Part shown: positions 7,744 to 18,339 of the stretch, one piece after another
Layout of the letters: every line of letters starts with the position of its first letter
How positions within the stretch are numbered: the stretch's first letter is position 1
IMG/VR virus record: IMGVR_UViG_3300006076_000005
Coordinates: 1 to 53,485 of that record
Length of the DNA stretch: 53,485 bases
Strand: one strand, 5' to 3'
Source of the DNA: a virus
Lineage: Duplodnaviria; Caudoviricetes
The notes under the pieces: generated by a model
Database searches by the model: none
What the model was told of the DNA's origin: nothing
The model's input: the letters and a program-made list of their open reading frames with translations, nothing else
Position numbers and translations under genes: made by a program

Positions 7744-9912
7744 TTAGCTTAAAGACTCAACATAGATAGGAAGTTGTCTAACAGCTTCATCAAGATTGAT
7801 CACATTGGCTACTACAACAATTGGTAAGAATGGTTGATGTTTGAAGCTTAGGATAACATCATTTTGATCGTATTTAGCTTTGCCTTCTCTTACACCATAA
7901 CTAAGTACAAATTCATTTTTAACCCATGTTACACCAAAGCTTAATGGGTTAGCTGCTTTATTAATGTTAGCGTCAAGTTGTCTGTCGATACCGAAACTGA
8001 TGATCATTTTGTCATCCATGATGCTATATTTAGAACTAACTACAACATATCTGAATTTTTCATCTTCGAAAGATTTGAAGTATTGGTTAATCTTAGCACT
8101 AGTACCAATAATAACTACTGGTTTTTGTCCTGGATAGTAATGATCGAATGCAAATTTATAATTAGATTTAGTATACATATCCCAAGCAATAGTTTTGATA
8201 TAAAGTTCAAATGCTGCTTGAATATCTACTAATCTTTCTGAAGTTTTTAAGCTGTTAACAAGTCTTTTAACATCGATAACTAAGTTATCTTTATGATATT
8301 TGTTAATTAAGAAGTTAGCAACACCAAATGTTTTATAATCATTCGCCATATGTGGTAATGCTGCGATGTATTTAAATAGTGTTGTAAATCCATGCGCGTT
8401 CATAGCGTCTACACTATATCCAACTAAGCTATAAAGACCTTTAGGTTTTTTGTCGCTTCCAAGTTGGAACGCAGGTGTTTTTTCAGAAAGTTTAACTCTT
8501 GAAGGAACATTATAAACAAATGCATAACTAGAGATGTTAAGTCTTTTTCCTTCATATCTTCCCATTTCGTTGTTACCATAAGCTTCTATGTCATAAGCTG
8601 CTAATTTAGCTCCGCTAACAGCTGCAACTGCATCTGTATAATCATCAGGACTTAACTCATTTCCATTGTTGTCGTAAATACCTTTGAATTTACTGCTAAA
8701 TTGATTTACTAAGATGTTGGCAGTATCAACGTTAGCATCACCTTTGAAGTTAACTTCTAAGATCATATAGTAACCGTCTGTTAAATCTTGTAAAGCTTTA
8801 ATTTGTGTTGGTTTTCCACTAGCTGTAATAAATGGTGCTTTGAAAATGAATGATCTAGACTCGTTAAGTTGCATATCTTTATCATTACCATCTAGCGTAT
8901 ACAAGAATGAAATAGGTAATCCACCAACTTCTTTTCTATAAAGTTCTTTTACATCATTACCATCTTTGTCTTTACCAGTGATCCAGAAGTATACTGTTTC
9001 AATGTTTAATACTGGTAAAATAGTATCTAATTCGTTTAAGAACCCTTTTGCTAAAAGTGTGTCTGTTTGGCTAAGATTTAAGATATTTGTTTCAACACCA
9101 GCTTTGATAGCTGCAGTTGTGACTTTAACACCATCCATTAATTCAACTTCTTTTTTAGCACCCTCTTCGTTTAATAAATAATTAGTATTAACATACTCGC
9201 CATCTACTCTTAAGATAGGATAAAGTCTGTTTCCATCGATAACGTATCTGTTAAAGTCTTCGATATGCTTAATATATGGTTCTTTTTTGTAATCCACTGG
9301 TTTACCGTTAGGTAATCTTTTAAATGGTGTAATGTAATGGATAACATCAACTTCTACATAAATTTCTTGTGTGTCAATATCTAATTGTACTGTTGGGAAG
9401 AATGTTTCAATAACAGGATCTTGTTTTTTCTCAATGCTGTTAAATGCTACTGTAAAGAATACAGATTTTTTAATATCGATGCTGTTAACATCTTCATTAG
9501 CTGGAATTAACGAACTATAAAGATCTTCTGAGTTGTTTATGGCAGGCGAAAGATCTCTACTAACAGAAACAACTTCAATATTTTCATTAGCCGCTTTTAA
9601 TTCTTCTGCTAATCTACTTTGTCTTTTAGATAATTTTTCAAGTGTTTCAACAGGATTTAAAACACTTTTAACTAACCTAGTTGATTTTTCAACTAGATCT
9701 TCACTATCATCATCACTACCGATACTATCTTCATGCGCTATACCTGTTGTAAGCGCTGCTTGAATAGTATTTAAAAAGTTAACAGCTTCAGGTGTTGTAG
9801 TTCCAATATCTTCACCAGCTGCAACAAGTTTACCGATACTTTTTAGTTCATCTTGCGTATAATTATCAATTTTCTCTGCAAGATTATTTAAAATAGTTTC
9901 TATTTTACCCAT
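7744..9912 (-). CDS. Major capsid protein (phiKZ gp120-like), with cleaved propeptide
   Basis: 722 aa; Q(D)PVIETFFPTV motif, NPLSFGVTW and HQPFLPI C-terminus; AxE sites in the N-terminal ~140 aa; divergent from DnaB as in phiKZ. Confidence 0.88.
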   Translation of the reverse strand: MGKIETILNNLAEKIDNYTQDELKSIGKLVAAGEDIGTTTPEAVNFLNTIQAALTTGIAHEDSIGSDDDSEDLVEKSTRLVKSVLNPVETLEKLSKRQSRLAEELKAANENIEVVSVSRDLSPAINNSEDLYSSLIPANEDVNSIDIKKSVFFTVAFNSIEKKQDPVIETFFPTVQLDIDTQEIYVEVDVIHYITPFKRLPNGKPVDYKKEPYIKHIEDFNRYVIDGNRLYPILRVDGEYVNTNYLLNEEGAKKEVELMDGVKVTTAAIKAGVETNILNLSQTDTLLAKGFLNELDTILPVLNIETVYFWITGKDKDGNDVKELYRKEVGGLPISFLYTLDGNDKDMQLNESRSFIFKAPFITASGKPTQIKALQDLTDGYYMILEVNFKGDANVDTANILVNQFSSKFKGIYDNNGNELSPDDYTDAVAAVSGAKLAAYDIEAYGNNEMGRYEGKRLNISSYAFVYNVPSRVKLSEKTPAFQLGSDKKPKGLYSLVGYSVDAMNAHGFTTLFKYIAALPHMANDYKTFGVANFLINKYHKDNLVIDVKRLVNSLKTSERLVDIQAAFELYIKTIAWDMYTKSNYKFAFDHYYPGQKPVVIIGTSAKINQYFKSFEDEKFRYVVVSSKYSIMDDKMIISFGIDRQLDANINKAANPLSFGVTWVKNEFVLSYGVREGKAKYDQNDVILSFKHQPFLPIVVVANVINLDEAVRQLPIYVESLS

Positions 9913-9978
9913 TTTTTTACTCCTTATAATGTTTGATTTATTAAATTCAATATATGATTTAGATAAGCTCTGTTAAAG

Positions 9979-10641
9979 TTAAATATTCATGATCATTTTT
10001 GTTTTAACATCGATATACAAAAACTCAGTAAGTTTCTTAACTTTTATATTTACTTCTTCTAAACCCCAAACTTTTTCATAATTTATAACAAAATCCAATA
10101 AAGCCATAAAATATTCTATAAAGATTTTTTTCTTATTTAAATCGTATTCTCTTAATGTAATGGCTTTTTCATAATCCAATCCTAGTAATACAAGATTAAA
10201 TGTTTCTAATATTACTGCGTCATTTCTAAGTGCATTTTCGTCTATAGTAGTATCTTTGGTTTCAGTTCTTACCATATTAGGTTCTTCTATGTTTAAAATC
10301 TTTAATAAATACTTTAAATTATAGTATAATGTTTTTATTTCTTTCATCTCTTTCTCAAGGCCCAGGTTTTTAAATCTTTCATATAGATCAAAACTACCAT
10401 CACCAATACTTAAACTAGATGTCAAAAACGTATCAAGTTGTCTAAGGTTTAATACTAACGGTAAAAGAATACGTTCTATATCCTCCATACTTAAGTTAAT
10501 CAATAAGTCATTAATTAATAATCTTGCTTGTAATTTATCGTTAAGCTTATTCTCTTTTAATTTAAAAAGAAAATTTTTTATAGAATTAAGGTTGCTTCTA
10601 TAATGTTCCAGTTCGTTCTTTGTTAGGAAAATAGGTATCAT
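9979..10641 (-). CDS. Hypothetical protein (phiKZ gp119-like by synteny)
   Basis: AAGGAG before ATG 10641 (MIPIFL); lies between the helicase and MCP genes. Confidence 0.6.
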   Translation of the reverse strand: MIPIFLTKNELEHYRSNLNSIKNFLFKLKENKLNDKLQARLLINDLLINLSMEDIERILLPLVLNLRQLDTFLTSSLSIGDGSFDLYERFKNLGLEKEMKEIKTLYYNLKYLLKILNIEEPNMVRTETKDTTIDENALRNDAVILETFNLVLLGLDYEKAITLREYDLNKKKIFIEYFMALLDFVINYEKVWGLEEVNIKVKKLTEFLYIDVKTKMIMNI

Positions 10642-10740
10642 GATTACTCCTTTTATTTTTCTTATATGCATAAAAAATCATTGAAAAAGTTATTTGTAGC
10701 ACGTGATGAATTGATTCTATTTATAATTAAAGGAGCATAA

Positions 10741-12228
10741 ATGAACGAACTAGAAGTATTCTTAAAATCTCTCCTATTATTAGCGGCCGAATACAAACTA
10801 AAAGGAGGGATAGAGTCTAAAGAACTAGTTGAAGAAATATTAAAAGAAACAGAAAACAGAAACCAAGTTAAGGTTTATAAAGATAATACGGAATTAGTAG
10901 ATAAACTAAGAAAGATACTTTACGAGATTATAGAAGGGAAGGTGCAGCCAAAGGAAGATAACTTAATAGATATAGAAGTCTTATTAGTAGAACAACCTTA
11001 TTACATAAAGTTATTCGAAAAATATATTAACAAAGAAGTAACAGAAAATGTTCTAAGTAATCTTAAAAAGAGTTTATTATCAGAATTGAAGGCTGTTAAA
11101 GCTAAAAAAATAGGATTAGATTTTTTGGGTAGATTGAACAGAACCAAAAACATAGATGAACTTTTAGAAAAGGTTATAAATAATTTACAAAAAATAAAAG
11201 ATGAGAAAGAAGTTAAGATAGCAGGGTTGGTGGCCGAGGTTGATTTAATGTCTGAAGATAGTGTTAAATCTATAGCTAAAAGAGCTAAAGATTTAGCTGT
11301 TGGTGAAGGAGGATTTAGAACGGGTTGGCCGTGCATAAACGAAATGACCCAAGGAGGTTTTAGAAGAGGAGAGTTTATTACAGTTTCTGCTTTACAACAT
11401 AACTATAAATCAGGTTTTGTGAAATCTATATTTGCGCAAATGTTGAGACTCAATGAACCTAAACTAGAAGATCCTAGTAAAAAACCTATGGTTCTATTTA
11501 TAAGTCTAGAAGAAGAATTAGAGAACATATTTTTATTCCTTTATCAGTATTTGAAATTCTCTGTAGAAAATGTTGCTTTAACTAAATCAGAATTAAAAGA
11601 GATAGATCAAGAAGAGATGAGTAAATATGTAGCCAAACATTTAACTTCAAAAGGTTTTTATCCAAAACTTATGAGGTTCAATCCTTCTTATTTAACATAT
11701 GAGAAATTGTTTAAAATAGTAGAAGATTTTGAAGCATCAGGTTATGAAGTTCAAGCTGTTATAGTAGACTATGTTAAAAAGATGAATAGAGCAGGTTGTA
11801 ATAGTAGTGGACCACAAGGAACTGATCTATTAGATCTATTTTCAAGGATAAGGAACTTTATGAGTAGTAAGAAAATAACATTCATAACACCTCATCAGTT
11901 ATCTTCAGAAGCTAAGAGACTTATCAGAAATAGGATGCCTGTAGACGAGTTCGTTAAGTTTGTAGCTCATAAAGGTTATTACGCAGATAGTGCTCAATTA
12001 GACCAAGAGATAGATTTGGAGATATTCTTAGGTAAAGCTAAAATAAACAGAGAATGGTATCTAGCTGTTCAATTAGGTAAACATAGGATAGCAACAACAT
12101 TACCAGAAGAGAAAAAATTCACTATGTTAAAATTCCCTAGACAGATGGTTCCTATTCCAGAAGAAAATGAACATCACGATTTAGTTTGTACTGTAGCTAA
12201 TACAGAACAAGATGAATTTGATTTCTAA
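10741..12228 (+). CDS. dnaB: DnaB-like replicative helicase (phiKZ gp118-like)
   Basis: GFRTGWPCINEMTQGGFRRGE, phiKZ-type Walker A ALQHNYKSG, FISLEE, IVDY, ITPHQLS, LDQEIDLE, GKHR. Confidence 0.92.
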   Translation: MNELEVFLKSLLLLAAEYKLKGGIESKELVEEILKETENRNQVKVYKDNTELVDKLRKILYEIIEGKVQPKEDNLIDIEVLLVEQPYYIKLFEKYINKEVTENVLSNLKKSLLSELKAVKAKKIGLDFLGRLNRTKNIDELLEKVINNLQKIKDEKEVKIAGLVAEVDLMSEDSVKSIAKRAKDLAVGEGGFRTGWPCINEMTQGGFRRGEFITVSALQHNYKSGFVKSIFAQMLRLNEPKLEDPSKKPMVLFISLEEELENIFLFLYQYLKFSVENVALTKSELKEIDQEEMSKYVAKHLTSKGFYPKLMRFNPSYLTYEKLFKIVEDFEASGYEVQAVIVDYVKKMNRAGCNSSGPQGTDLLDLFSRIRNFMSSKKITFITPHQLSSEAKRLIRNRMPVDEFVKFVAHKGYYADSAQLDQEIDLEIFLGKAKINREWYLAVQLGKHRIATTLPEEKKFTMLKFPRQMVPIPEENEHHDLVCTVANTEQDEFDF

Positions 12229-12252
12229 TTAAAACTACAAAAGGAGGTTAGA

Positions 12253-12585
12253 ATGTCTGGTTTACTAGTATTGATTTTAACAACAGCATCGCTTATTTTT
12301 ACAATGGTAGGAATTATGATAATGGCAAACAAACTGGCTGAAAAACTTTATGAGAAATTTTTTTGTAAGCCCAACGATGTTCATAGATTTAATAAAACAT
12401 TTGCTATAGAAATTCTTATTTTAATCTTATTCGGATATCTTTTATCTTCTATTACTAAAGAACAAACCTATTATATTTTAAAACAAAATGGTGAATTAGT
12501 TAAACATGTTGAGATTAGTTTGTTGGGACATAAAATAGCTGAAGGCGATAAAGTTTTAAAATATAAAAAAGAAAACAACTACTAG
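12253..12585 (+). CDS. Small membrane protein, 2 predicted TM helices
   Basis: AAGGAGG SD; two hydrophobic segments. Confidence 0.7.
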   Translation: MSGLLVLILTTASLIFTMVGIMIMANKLAEKLYEKFFCKPNDVHRFNKTFAIEILILILFGYLLSSITKEQTYYILKQNGELVKHVEISLLGHKIAEGDKVLKYKKENNY

Positions 12586-12609
12586 TAGTCGTTAAGACTA
12601 CTAGTAGTT
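12577..12609. terminator. Bidirectional hairpin terminator
   Basis: AACTACTAGTAGTC-gttaa-GACTACTAGTAGTT, containing both convergent TAG stops. Confidence 0.75.
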
Positions 12610-13533
12610 CTGTATTCCTAATTTATAAGGTATAGAGCCTTTAGTGAAAATTATAGGTTGGTATTTAGTACCATTTTTTTCTCCATTTTTATACTCTATA
12701 TCAACACCTAGAATAAAACTATTTGTGTTAGCTTTTAATAAATCTTCTAGTGGAACTATAGCAGATGTTCCATTTACTTTTTTTTGCCAAAATAGTTCAG
12801 CATCGCCTATACCTGTTCTAAATAGTTTAAATGTTGTCTTTTTAAGATTTTCTATAGGTTTTATAGTTAGTGCAAGACCGTCTTCAACATCTGGGTTTTC
12901 CTCAGGGGTTTTTATAACAATTTCAGGAATAGGTTTAATATAAATAGGTTGTGTGGCAAACTCACTTACATCTCCACTTGATGCTCCGTGCGCTACTTTT
13001 ATAATATAAACTCTTCCTTCTTTTAAAATAATATTATCCATAAACTTACTTGTTAAATCATTTCTATCTTTAGGAAGCACAAAAACTGGTTTACCATCAC
13101 TTGTTTCAATTATCCAACTTGTGAATAAATGTTTAGCGTTACCAGAAGTTGAAATCTCGTTAGTTTTAATAGTGAATAATGTCGATGGAAAATTATCATA
13201 AGGAAAATCCAAATAAATAAAAGGTTTAGCCACCATAGATGGTATATCATATCTCTGAACTACTTTAGTATAATCTTTAGCCTTTATAATACTAACAGTA
13301 GCTTCGAAGATAGTTTTGTTAGTAATAACTCTTGCAAAACCATAATAAGTTTTATTAGGGTCTAGATCAACATCAAATACTATAGAAGTAAGATGTCTCT
13401 TATCTGCTTTTGATTCTACTATTACATTTTTACCTTTAGGATCTTCTGCTAATTTCCAATCAGTTGCTTCATGTTTCCAACCTAATGACTCTGGTAGGTC
13501 TGGTTTGTTGATACTTAATACTACTAATCCCAT
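12601..13533 (-). CDS. Virion structural protein with FN3/Ig-like repeats
   Basis: Two HxxTxW repeats (KHEATDWKLA, KHLFTSWIIE), typical of phiKZ-like surface proteins. Confidence 0.6.
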   Translation of the reverse strand: MGLVVLSINKPDLPESLGWKHEATDWKLAEDPKGKNVIVESKADKRHLTSIVFDVDLDPNKTYYGFARVITNKTIFEATVSIIKAKDYTKVVQRYDIPSMVAKPFIYLDFPYDNFPSTLFTIKTNEISTSGNAKHLFTSWIIETSDGKPVFVLPKDRNDLTSKFMDNIILKEGRVYIIKVAHGASSGDVSEFATQPIYIKPIPEIVIKTPEENPDVEDGLALTIKPIENLKKTTFKLFRTGIGDAELFWQKKVNGTSAIVPLEDLLKANTNSFILGVDIEYKNGEKNGTKYQPIIFTKGSIPYKLGIQNY

Positions 13534-13594
13534 AATAACTCCTTGTTGACTGATTATTTATATTAAAGTTTATTCAGTAAAATTCAAGTAGCAA

Positions 13595-13622
13595 CAGTTA
13601 GGGCATGTGTTTACCCTAACTG
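13595..13622. terminator. Hairpin terminator downstream of SF2 helicase
   Basis: CAGTTAGGG...CCCTAACTG. Confidence 0.5.
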
Positions 13623-13651
13623 CATACTATTATTTTTATAAGTATGGTTTA

Positions 13652-15208
13652 TTAAATTTGTTCACTATAACGTTTAAATTCTAATCCACTGACCCTATCT
13701 CTAAAGAATTCAACTCTATCTTTAGTATATCTTATATGCGAAGGTATATCTTCGGAATAGGTAAATACAAAGAACACATCGCCATCGTCTCTTTTTCTTA
13801 ATCTACCTTTAGTTTGTTCATTAGCCGCAAGAGATTGTATATTGATAGTCTGTATAACAGTTAATAGATTAGGAATATCTAGCGCAACACCAGCGCTTTG
13901 TAATGTACTAACTATAATATTGCTTGTTAAGATAATATCATAAGGATCTTCTTCAGTATACTTATTTATAATAAGATCAGAGTAATGTTCTCTTAAATAA
14001 TCTCTTATCACAGTACACATTTTAACAGTTCCAGCATAAATTAAACATTTATCATCGTCCTTTCTTTTCTTTTTAATGTAAAACTCATCAACTAGATTTT
14101 TAATAAATTTTAGATAGTTCTTTAAAACATTATTCCTACGCATGATAGATTTTTCAAATTTAGCTTGGTTATAACCTCTACTTGTTTTAAATGCTATCCT
14201 AGAAGGACTTTCAAATCTATAAGCAATACCATATGCTTTAATATATTTATCATAAGTAACAATATTAGATATGCGATGGTTATCGGGAATGATAGTTCTA
14301 TACATATTTTCAACATTCCTTTTATTAGATATTAATGTAGCAGTTAGTATTAACATAAATCTCACATTAGCAAATAAACTAGTTTTAACAACTTGATGAA
14401 AATGTTGATGTCCTTCATCGTTAAGTATAGTGTCCACTTTCATTTTTTCAAATATCATTTCAGGATGTATATCGCCATATCCTATAAAACCTCCAGATAG
14501 ATATGTCTTTATAAAAGTATTGATGCTAGGTAAGCTTATTATAAAACATTTGTATTTAACAAGATCTTTGTCTTCCATTTCTAATAATCTTAAAAAGCTA
14601 TTAGAACCTTGTAATATCATAATTTCATCTTCTTTTATGTTAGTTAGATATGTTATATCGTTCTTCCATTTTTCCATATATACAGGTAGGATCAATACAG
14701 CAAATCTTTTCTTAATCTTACTTAAAGCGTACATAGAGATAAAAGTTTTACCTTTACCTGTTTGTAGATCTACTAAAACATTATTTGTTTTGGCATTTAT
14801 AATTGCTTTAGCGTACTCTTCTTGATAATCTCTAGGTCTGAAATCTTTATTTATTTCAAATTCTACATCCTTACCTTTTATAGGTTCATGATGTTTTAAA
14901 ACAAAATCAAATCCATTGTGTTCCACATATTCTAACAATTCATCAAGCAAGGTTCTTGGTATTCTAAAACAATTATCACTTCTGCTTATACCTGGTATTT
15001 TTTCTTCTACAATGAAAAAATCGTGTTCCTTTGTTTTCTTAATAGTTAATCTTCTAGTTTTAGGATCTTTAACTTTAACATAATTAAATAAAGATAGTCT
15101 ATATAGAAAACTATTAAGCGATGTATACAACTGTGTGAAATTTTTACTTGTTATCTTAATGAATTGCCCATATACATCTATCTTTACTTGTAATGGCTTT
15201 TTCATCAT
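13652..15208 (-). CDS. SF2 (UvsW-like) helicase (phiKZ gp75-like)
   Basis: Q motif PRDYQ, Walker A LQTGKGKT, DEGH, LTAT, STLQSAGVALDIPNL, QTKGRLR. Confidence 0.92.
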   Translation of the reverse strand: MMKKPLQVKIDVYGQFIKITSKNFTQLYTSLNSFLYRLSLFNYVKVKDPKTRRLTIKKTKEHDFFIVEEKIPGISRSDNCFRIPRTLLDELLEYVEHNGFDFVLKHHEPIKGKDVEFEINKDFRPRDYQEEYAKAIINAKTNNVLVDLQTGKGKTFISMYALSKIKKRFAVLILPVYMEKWKNDITYLTNIKEDEIMILQGSNSFLRLLEMEDKDLVKYKCFIISLPSINTFIKTYLSGGFIGYGDIHPEMIFEKMKVDTILNDEGHQHFHQVVKTSLFANVRFMLILTATLISNKRNVENMYRTIIPDNHRISNIVTYDKYIKAYGIAYRFESPSRIAFKTSRGYNQAKFEKSIMRRNNVLKNYLKFIKNLVDEFYIKKKRKDDDKCLIYAGTVKMCTVIRDYLREHYSDLIINKYTEEDPYDIILTSNIIVSTLQSAGVALDIPNLLTVIQTINIQSLAANEQTKGRLRKRDDGDVFFVFTYSEDIPSHIRYTKDRVEFFRDRVSGLEFKRYSEQI

Positions 15209-15278
15209 GATTACTCCTTTAAATAGTTATCTTTCAGTTTAGTTATGTGGGTATAAAAAAGTATAGAAACAAAAGAAG

Positions 15279-15309
15279 AAGGTTAGTGGTAATAGATACC
15301 ACTAACCTT
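15279..15309. terminator. Hairpin terminator
   Basis: AAGGTTAGTGGTA-ataga-TACCACTAACCTT. Confidence 0.7.
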
Positions 15310-15312
15310 ATT

Positions 15313-15786
15313 TTATATAACGTAAGGAACTCCTTTTCTCTTAAAAATGAGTCTTTTAACAATATAAGTTCTGGGGAGACTCAGTTCTTTCGATAATCTT
15401 GTTATAAAAACTTTACTAGTTTTTATCATATCCTCTACATCTTTCTTAAAGGATAATTCTTCTATTAGACTACTTATTAATTTAGCCGCATGTTTGAATG
15501 TTAAATATTTGTTAAAACTTATAATAAAGAAAAATCCTGTTATAATAATAGCTATACCACTAAATGTTGATAATAAGACTAAAACATTGTTAACGGACAA
15601 TTTCTTATCACCGACTTCAAAAAACAGAAGTGTTATTAACTCCACGGGTAATAAGATTAGAAGAATCAAAGTTAAAATAGCGTATTGCCTTTTTTTCTTG
15701 TTAAAAAATTCTCTTAAAGTTTTTAACCTTAAGATATACTCATCCATTCCTTTATTAGTAATAAAACTCTTTAATTCTTGTAACAT
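15313..15786 (-). CDS. Membrane protein, 2 TM helices
   Basis: Hydrophobic YAILTLILLILLPVELITLLFF and VLVLLSTFSGIAIIITGFFFIISF. Confidence 0.7.
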   Translation of the reverse strand: MLQELKSFITNKGMDEYILRLKTLREFFNKKKRQYAILTLILLILLPVELITLLFFEVGDKKLSVNNVLVLLSTFSGIAIIITGFFFIISFNKYLTFKHAAKLISSLIEELSFKKDVEDMIKTSKVFITRLSKELSLPRTYIVKRLIFKRKGVPYVI

Positions 15787-16175
15787 GTCGGATCCTTATC
15801 CTTTTTTTCTTTGGAACATATACTGTCTTCATTAAGTTCCATTTTTCTACTAAAAATGCATATATTTGCAACCATAACAATGATCTTCATCAATGTTATT
15901 ATTCTACAGTCATTGCTATCGCTATTACAAAATTTAGTAATGAGATCGTCTACCTCATCTACGTTTTTCATATGTGTATATAAAACATATGTTAGGGTTG
16001 AAGCTATAAAAATAGAACTTATCAACGCTAGATAGATTTTAATACCTACAATAAAACCTTCTACAAAGATAAGAGATAATACAGCAGTGATTAATAAGAA
16101 AGAAACTAAAAAAGATAGAATAAAAAAATAAACAGATATTTTTTTTAAGATAACAACTTTATCTTCTAGAACCAT
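15771..16175 (-). CDS. Membrane protein, 2-3 TM helices, Cys-containing
   Basis: SD AAGGA; hydrophobic segments; overlaps the next gene. Confidence 0.65.
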   Translation of the reverse strand: MVLEDKVVILKKISVYFFILSFLVSFLLITAVLSLIFVEGFIVGIKIYLALISSIFIASTLTYVLYTHMKNVDEVDDLITKFCNSDSNDCRIITLMKIIVMVANICIFSRKMELNEDSICSKEKKDKDPTCYKN

Positions 16176-16275
16176 GATCATTCCTTTACTATTATACTAT
16201 TTAAAAATTGGTATCAAAAGTTTAGTACTAAATTATTCAAGACAAACTTTTTTAAAACATATATACAAGGGAGAA

Positions 16276-18321
16276 CTATTGTTCCCCCTCATACATGATA
16301 ACTTCATTTGGTTTCAAAAAGGTATCCATAGGTGTGGATGGTTTGTGTTCTTTCTTATAGAGTAATGGATGAAGAATTTTGTTTTGTAAATCATCCCAGT
16401 CATAACTAGCTCCTATACTTCTACCATCTATAACTTCTTTAAATCCTCCTAGGTTTTTGATACTACTGTTTCTACCTAGATCATAATCTAATTCATTTGG
16501 ATTTTGAATAGTTAAAGCATAAACAATAACTTCTATCAATGCTAGGTTGATGTTAAGTTTAGTATTAATTAATCTAAACAATTTCTCTACTAAAACATGA
16601 GGCGCATATTCGCTTCTATAAACATCGTCTACTTTAATAAACTTCCTACTCTTAATAAGGTCTTTGAATTCTTTATTCAACGCACTGAAGTCAAACTCTT
16701 TTTCTTCATACATGAAAATACTACTTTTAGCAGGATAATTTGTTATATCTATAAAATATGTTTTTTCATCAGGAGTTTCATATCCTTTTTCCATAACATA
16801 TCCGATAAAAGGAATAGTTAGATAAGCATATCTGTTTTTAGATTTTAAAGGTAGTGTGACTTCATCTTTAACTTCACCTGTTTTCTCATTAACAAATATA
16901 AGATCTACGGACTCTAGTCTAGAAATTTTGTTTACGGTAATGTTTCTGATATTTTTCATCTGTATAGCCGATTTCAATCCCCAAGCTTCATTTTGATTTA
17001 TTCTAAGATAAACTTTTGTTCCTTTTCTATTAACCGTTGAAGCTCTAGGATAAAGTTTCTCTTTTCTTACAATAAAGAATTTAGTTACTATATCTTCTAA
17101 TTCTAAAGGAGTAGTGGTGGCTGATTTTAATAAATGTTTTGCACTTAATAGAGATTGTGATTTTTTAGCGTTTACAAATGCCGAAACAACATTACCAAGA
17201 TTCTCTCTATTAAGTATTGAATGTGATATATCACCTATACATTTACTACATATTGCTTTTTTATCAGAGCAACTACAATATACAGCCGATCTTATTTTAA
17301 TAATTTTTCCTATAAGATGTTTTTCATTACCTTCTATAACTTTTTCTTCACCTGTAATAGGATCTAAATAATATTTACCTACTAGGTTCTTTAAATCTCC
17401 TCCGTGTATAAGTTTTCCATTGTCGTTATATTCAGGAGGTCTTATTAAAAATTCTACATATGTAGGATGATCACAAGGTTCTCTTTGTATTCTTTCTATA
17501 ACCATAGTTAAAAGTTGTATCTCTCTATTTGCATATTCGGAGTCCTGAATGGCTTTAGTAGAAAGATATTGTGCTTTAGCTCCGGCTCTACTTTCTATAG
17601 CCGCATCATACATATTTTTAAAACCTAGCGTGAAACTATTAGTCATAGGCTCTTTAAATAGTTTACTATCTAATTCCGTTAGATAACCTCTAGAACCTAA
17701 TAATTGTTTTATTTGGTCTTTACTAACAGCTCCTGATAGATATAGCATAGTCATAAGGTTATGGTTATATCTTCTACTATGGAAAATATTGTCAAGAACT
17801 TTATAAGTATTTTCTATAGATTCTTGATTTTTGTTCATATTAGCATTAGCAATAGCTTGTAATAATTCTTCGTCGAATTGTATTTCTAAAATATCTTGTA
17901 TTTCTACATCTATAGCATACTCGATGATATCTCTCACTAAGTCTTTATTAACTTTATGAACTGTATCGTACATAGCCTTAAATAAAGCTCTTAATGTCTC
18001 ACTGTTGTCTTTAGTAGGATCTAAATTCTCTTTAAAAAATTTCTTATAAATTACAGCATAAAGATCTATATAAGTAGAAGATGCGAAATAACCTTCTACG
18101 TAATAGTTAGGTATCCATAACTCACTTGTTAAGGATATTTGAAACTTAGTTAAAAAGTCTAAGAAATATCTAAATAAGATAACATCTTTATAATATGCAT
18201 TTTCTATAACAACATTGTCTTCGAACTGTAAATTAAGGTTAGTTCTAAGTTGTAATATTCTTTCAGCTGGAAGCATAAAGAGCTTCCTAACAGGAATGAT
18301 ATGTTTGTTTTTACTTTTCAT
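16276..18321 (-). CDS. rpoC: Non-virion RNA polymerase beta' C-terminal subunit (phiKZ gp74-like)
   Basis: QLLGSRGYLT, ESRAGAKA, SEYANRE, Zn site RSAVYC...ICSKCIG, SQSLLSAKH (trigger-loop region). Confidence 0.9.
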   Translation of the reverse strand: MKSKNKHIIPVRKLFMLPAERILQLRTNLNLQFEDNVVIENAYYKDVILFRYFLDFLTKFQISLTSELWIPNYYVEGYFASSTYIDLYAVIYKKFFKENLDPTKDNSETLRALFKAMYDTVHKVNKDLVRDIIEYAIDVEIQDILEIQFDEELLQAIANANMNKNQESIENTYKVLDNIFHSRRYNHNLMTMLYLSGAVSKDQIKQLLGSRGYLTELDSKLFKEPMTNSFTLGFKNMYDAAIESRAGAKAQYLSTKAIQDSEYANREIQLLTMVIERIQREPCDHPTYVEFLIRPPEYNDNGKLIHGGDLKNLVGKYYLDPITGEEKVIEGNEKHLIGKIIKIRSAVYCSCSDKKAICSKCIGDISHSILNRENLGNVVSAFVNAKKSQSLLSAKHLLKSATTTPLELEDIVTKFFIVRKEKLYPRASTVNRKGTKVYLRINQNEAWGLKSAIQMKNIRNITVNKISRLESVDLIFVNEKTGEVKDEVTLPLKSKNRYAYLTIPFIGYVMEKGYETPDEKTYFIDITNYPAKSSIFMYEEKEFDFSALNKEFKDLIKSRKFIKVDDVYRSEYAPHVLVEKLFRLINTKLNINLALIEVIVYALTIQNPNELDYDLGRNSSIKNLGGFKEVIDGRSIGASYDWDDLQNKILHPLLYKKEHKPSTPMDTFLKPNEVIMYEGEQ

Positions 18322-18339
18322 AAACGCCTCCTTTATTTA

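Noticed and set aside
11380-11420. Non-canonical Walker A (ALQHNYKS) suggesting a dead helicase
   Set aside because: This variant is typical of phiKZ-family DnaB homologues, and the other motifs are intact.
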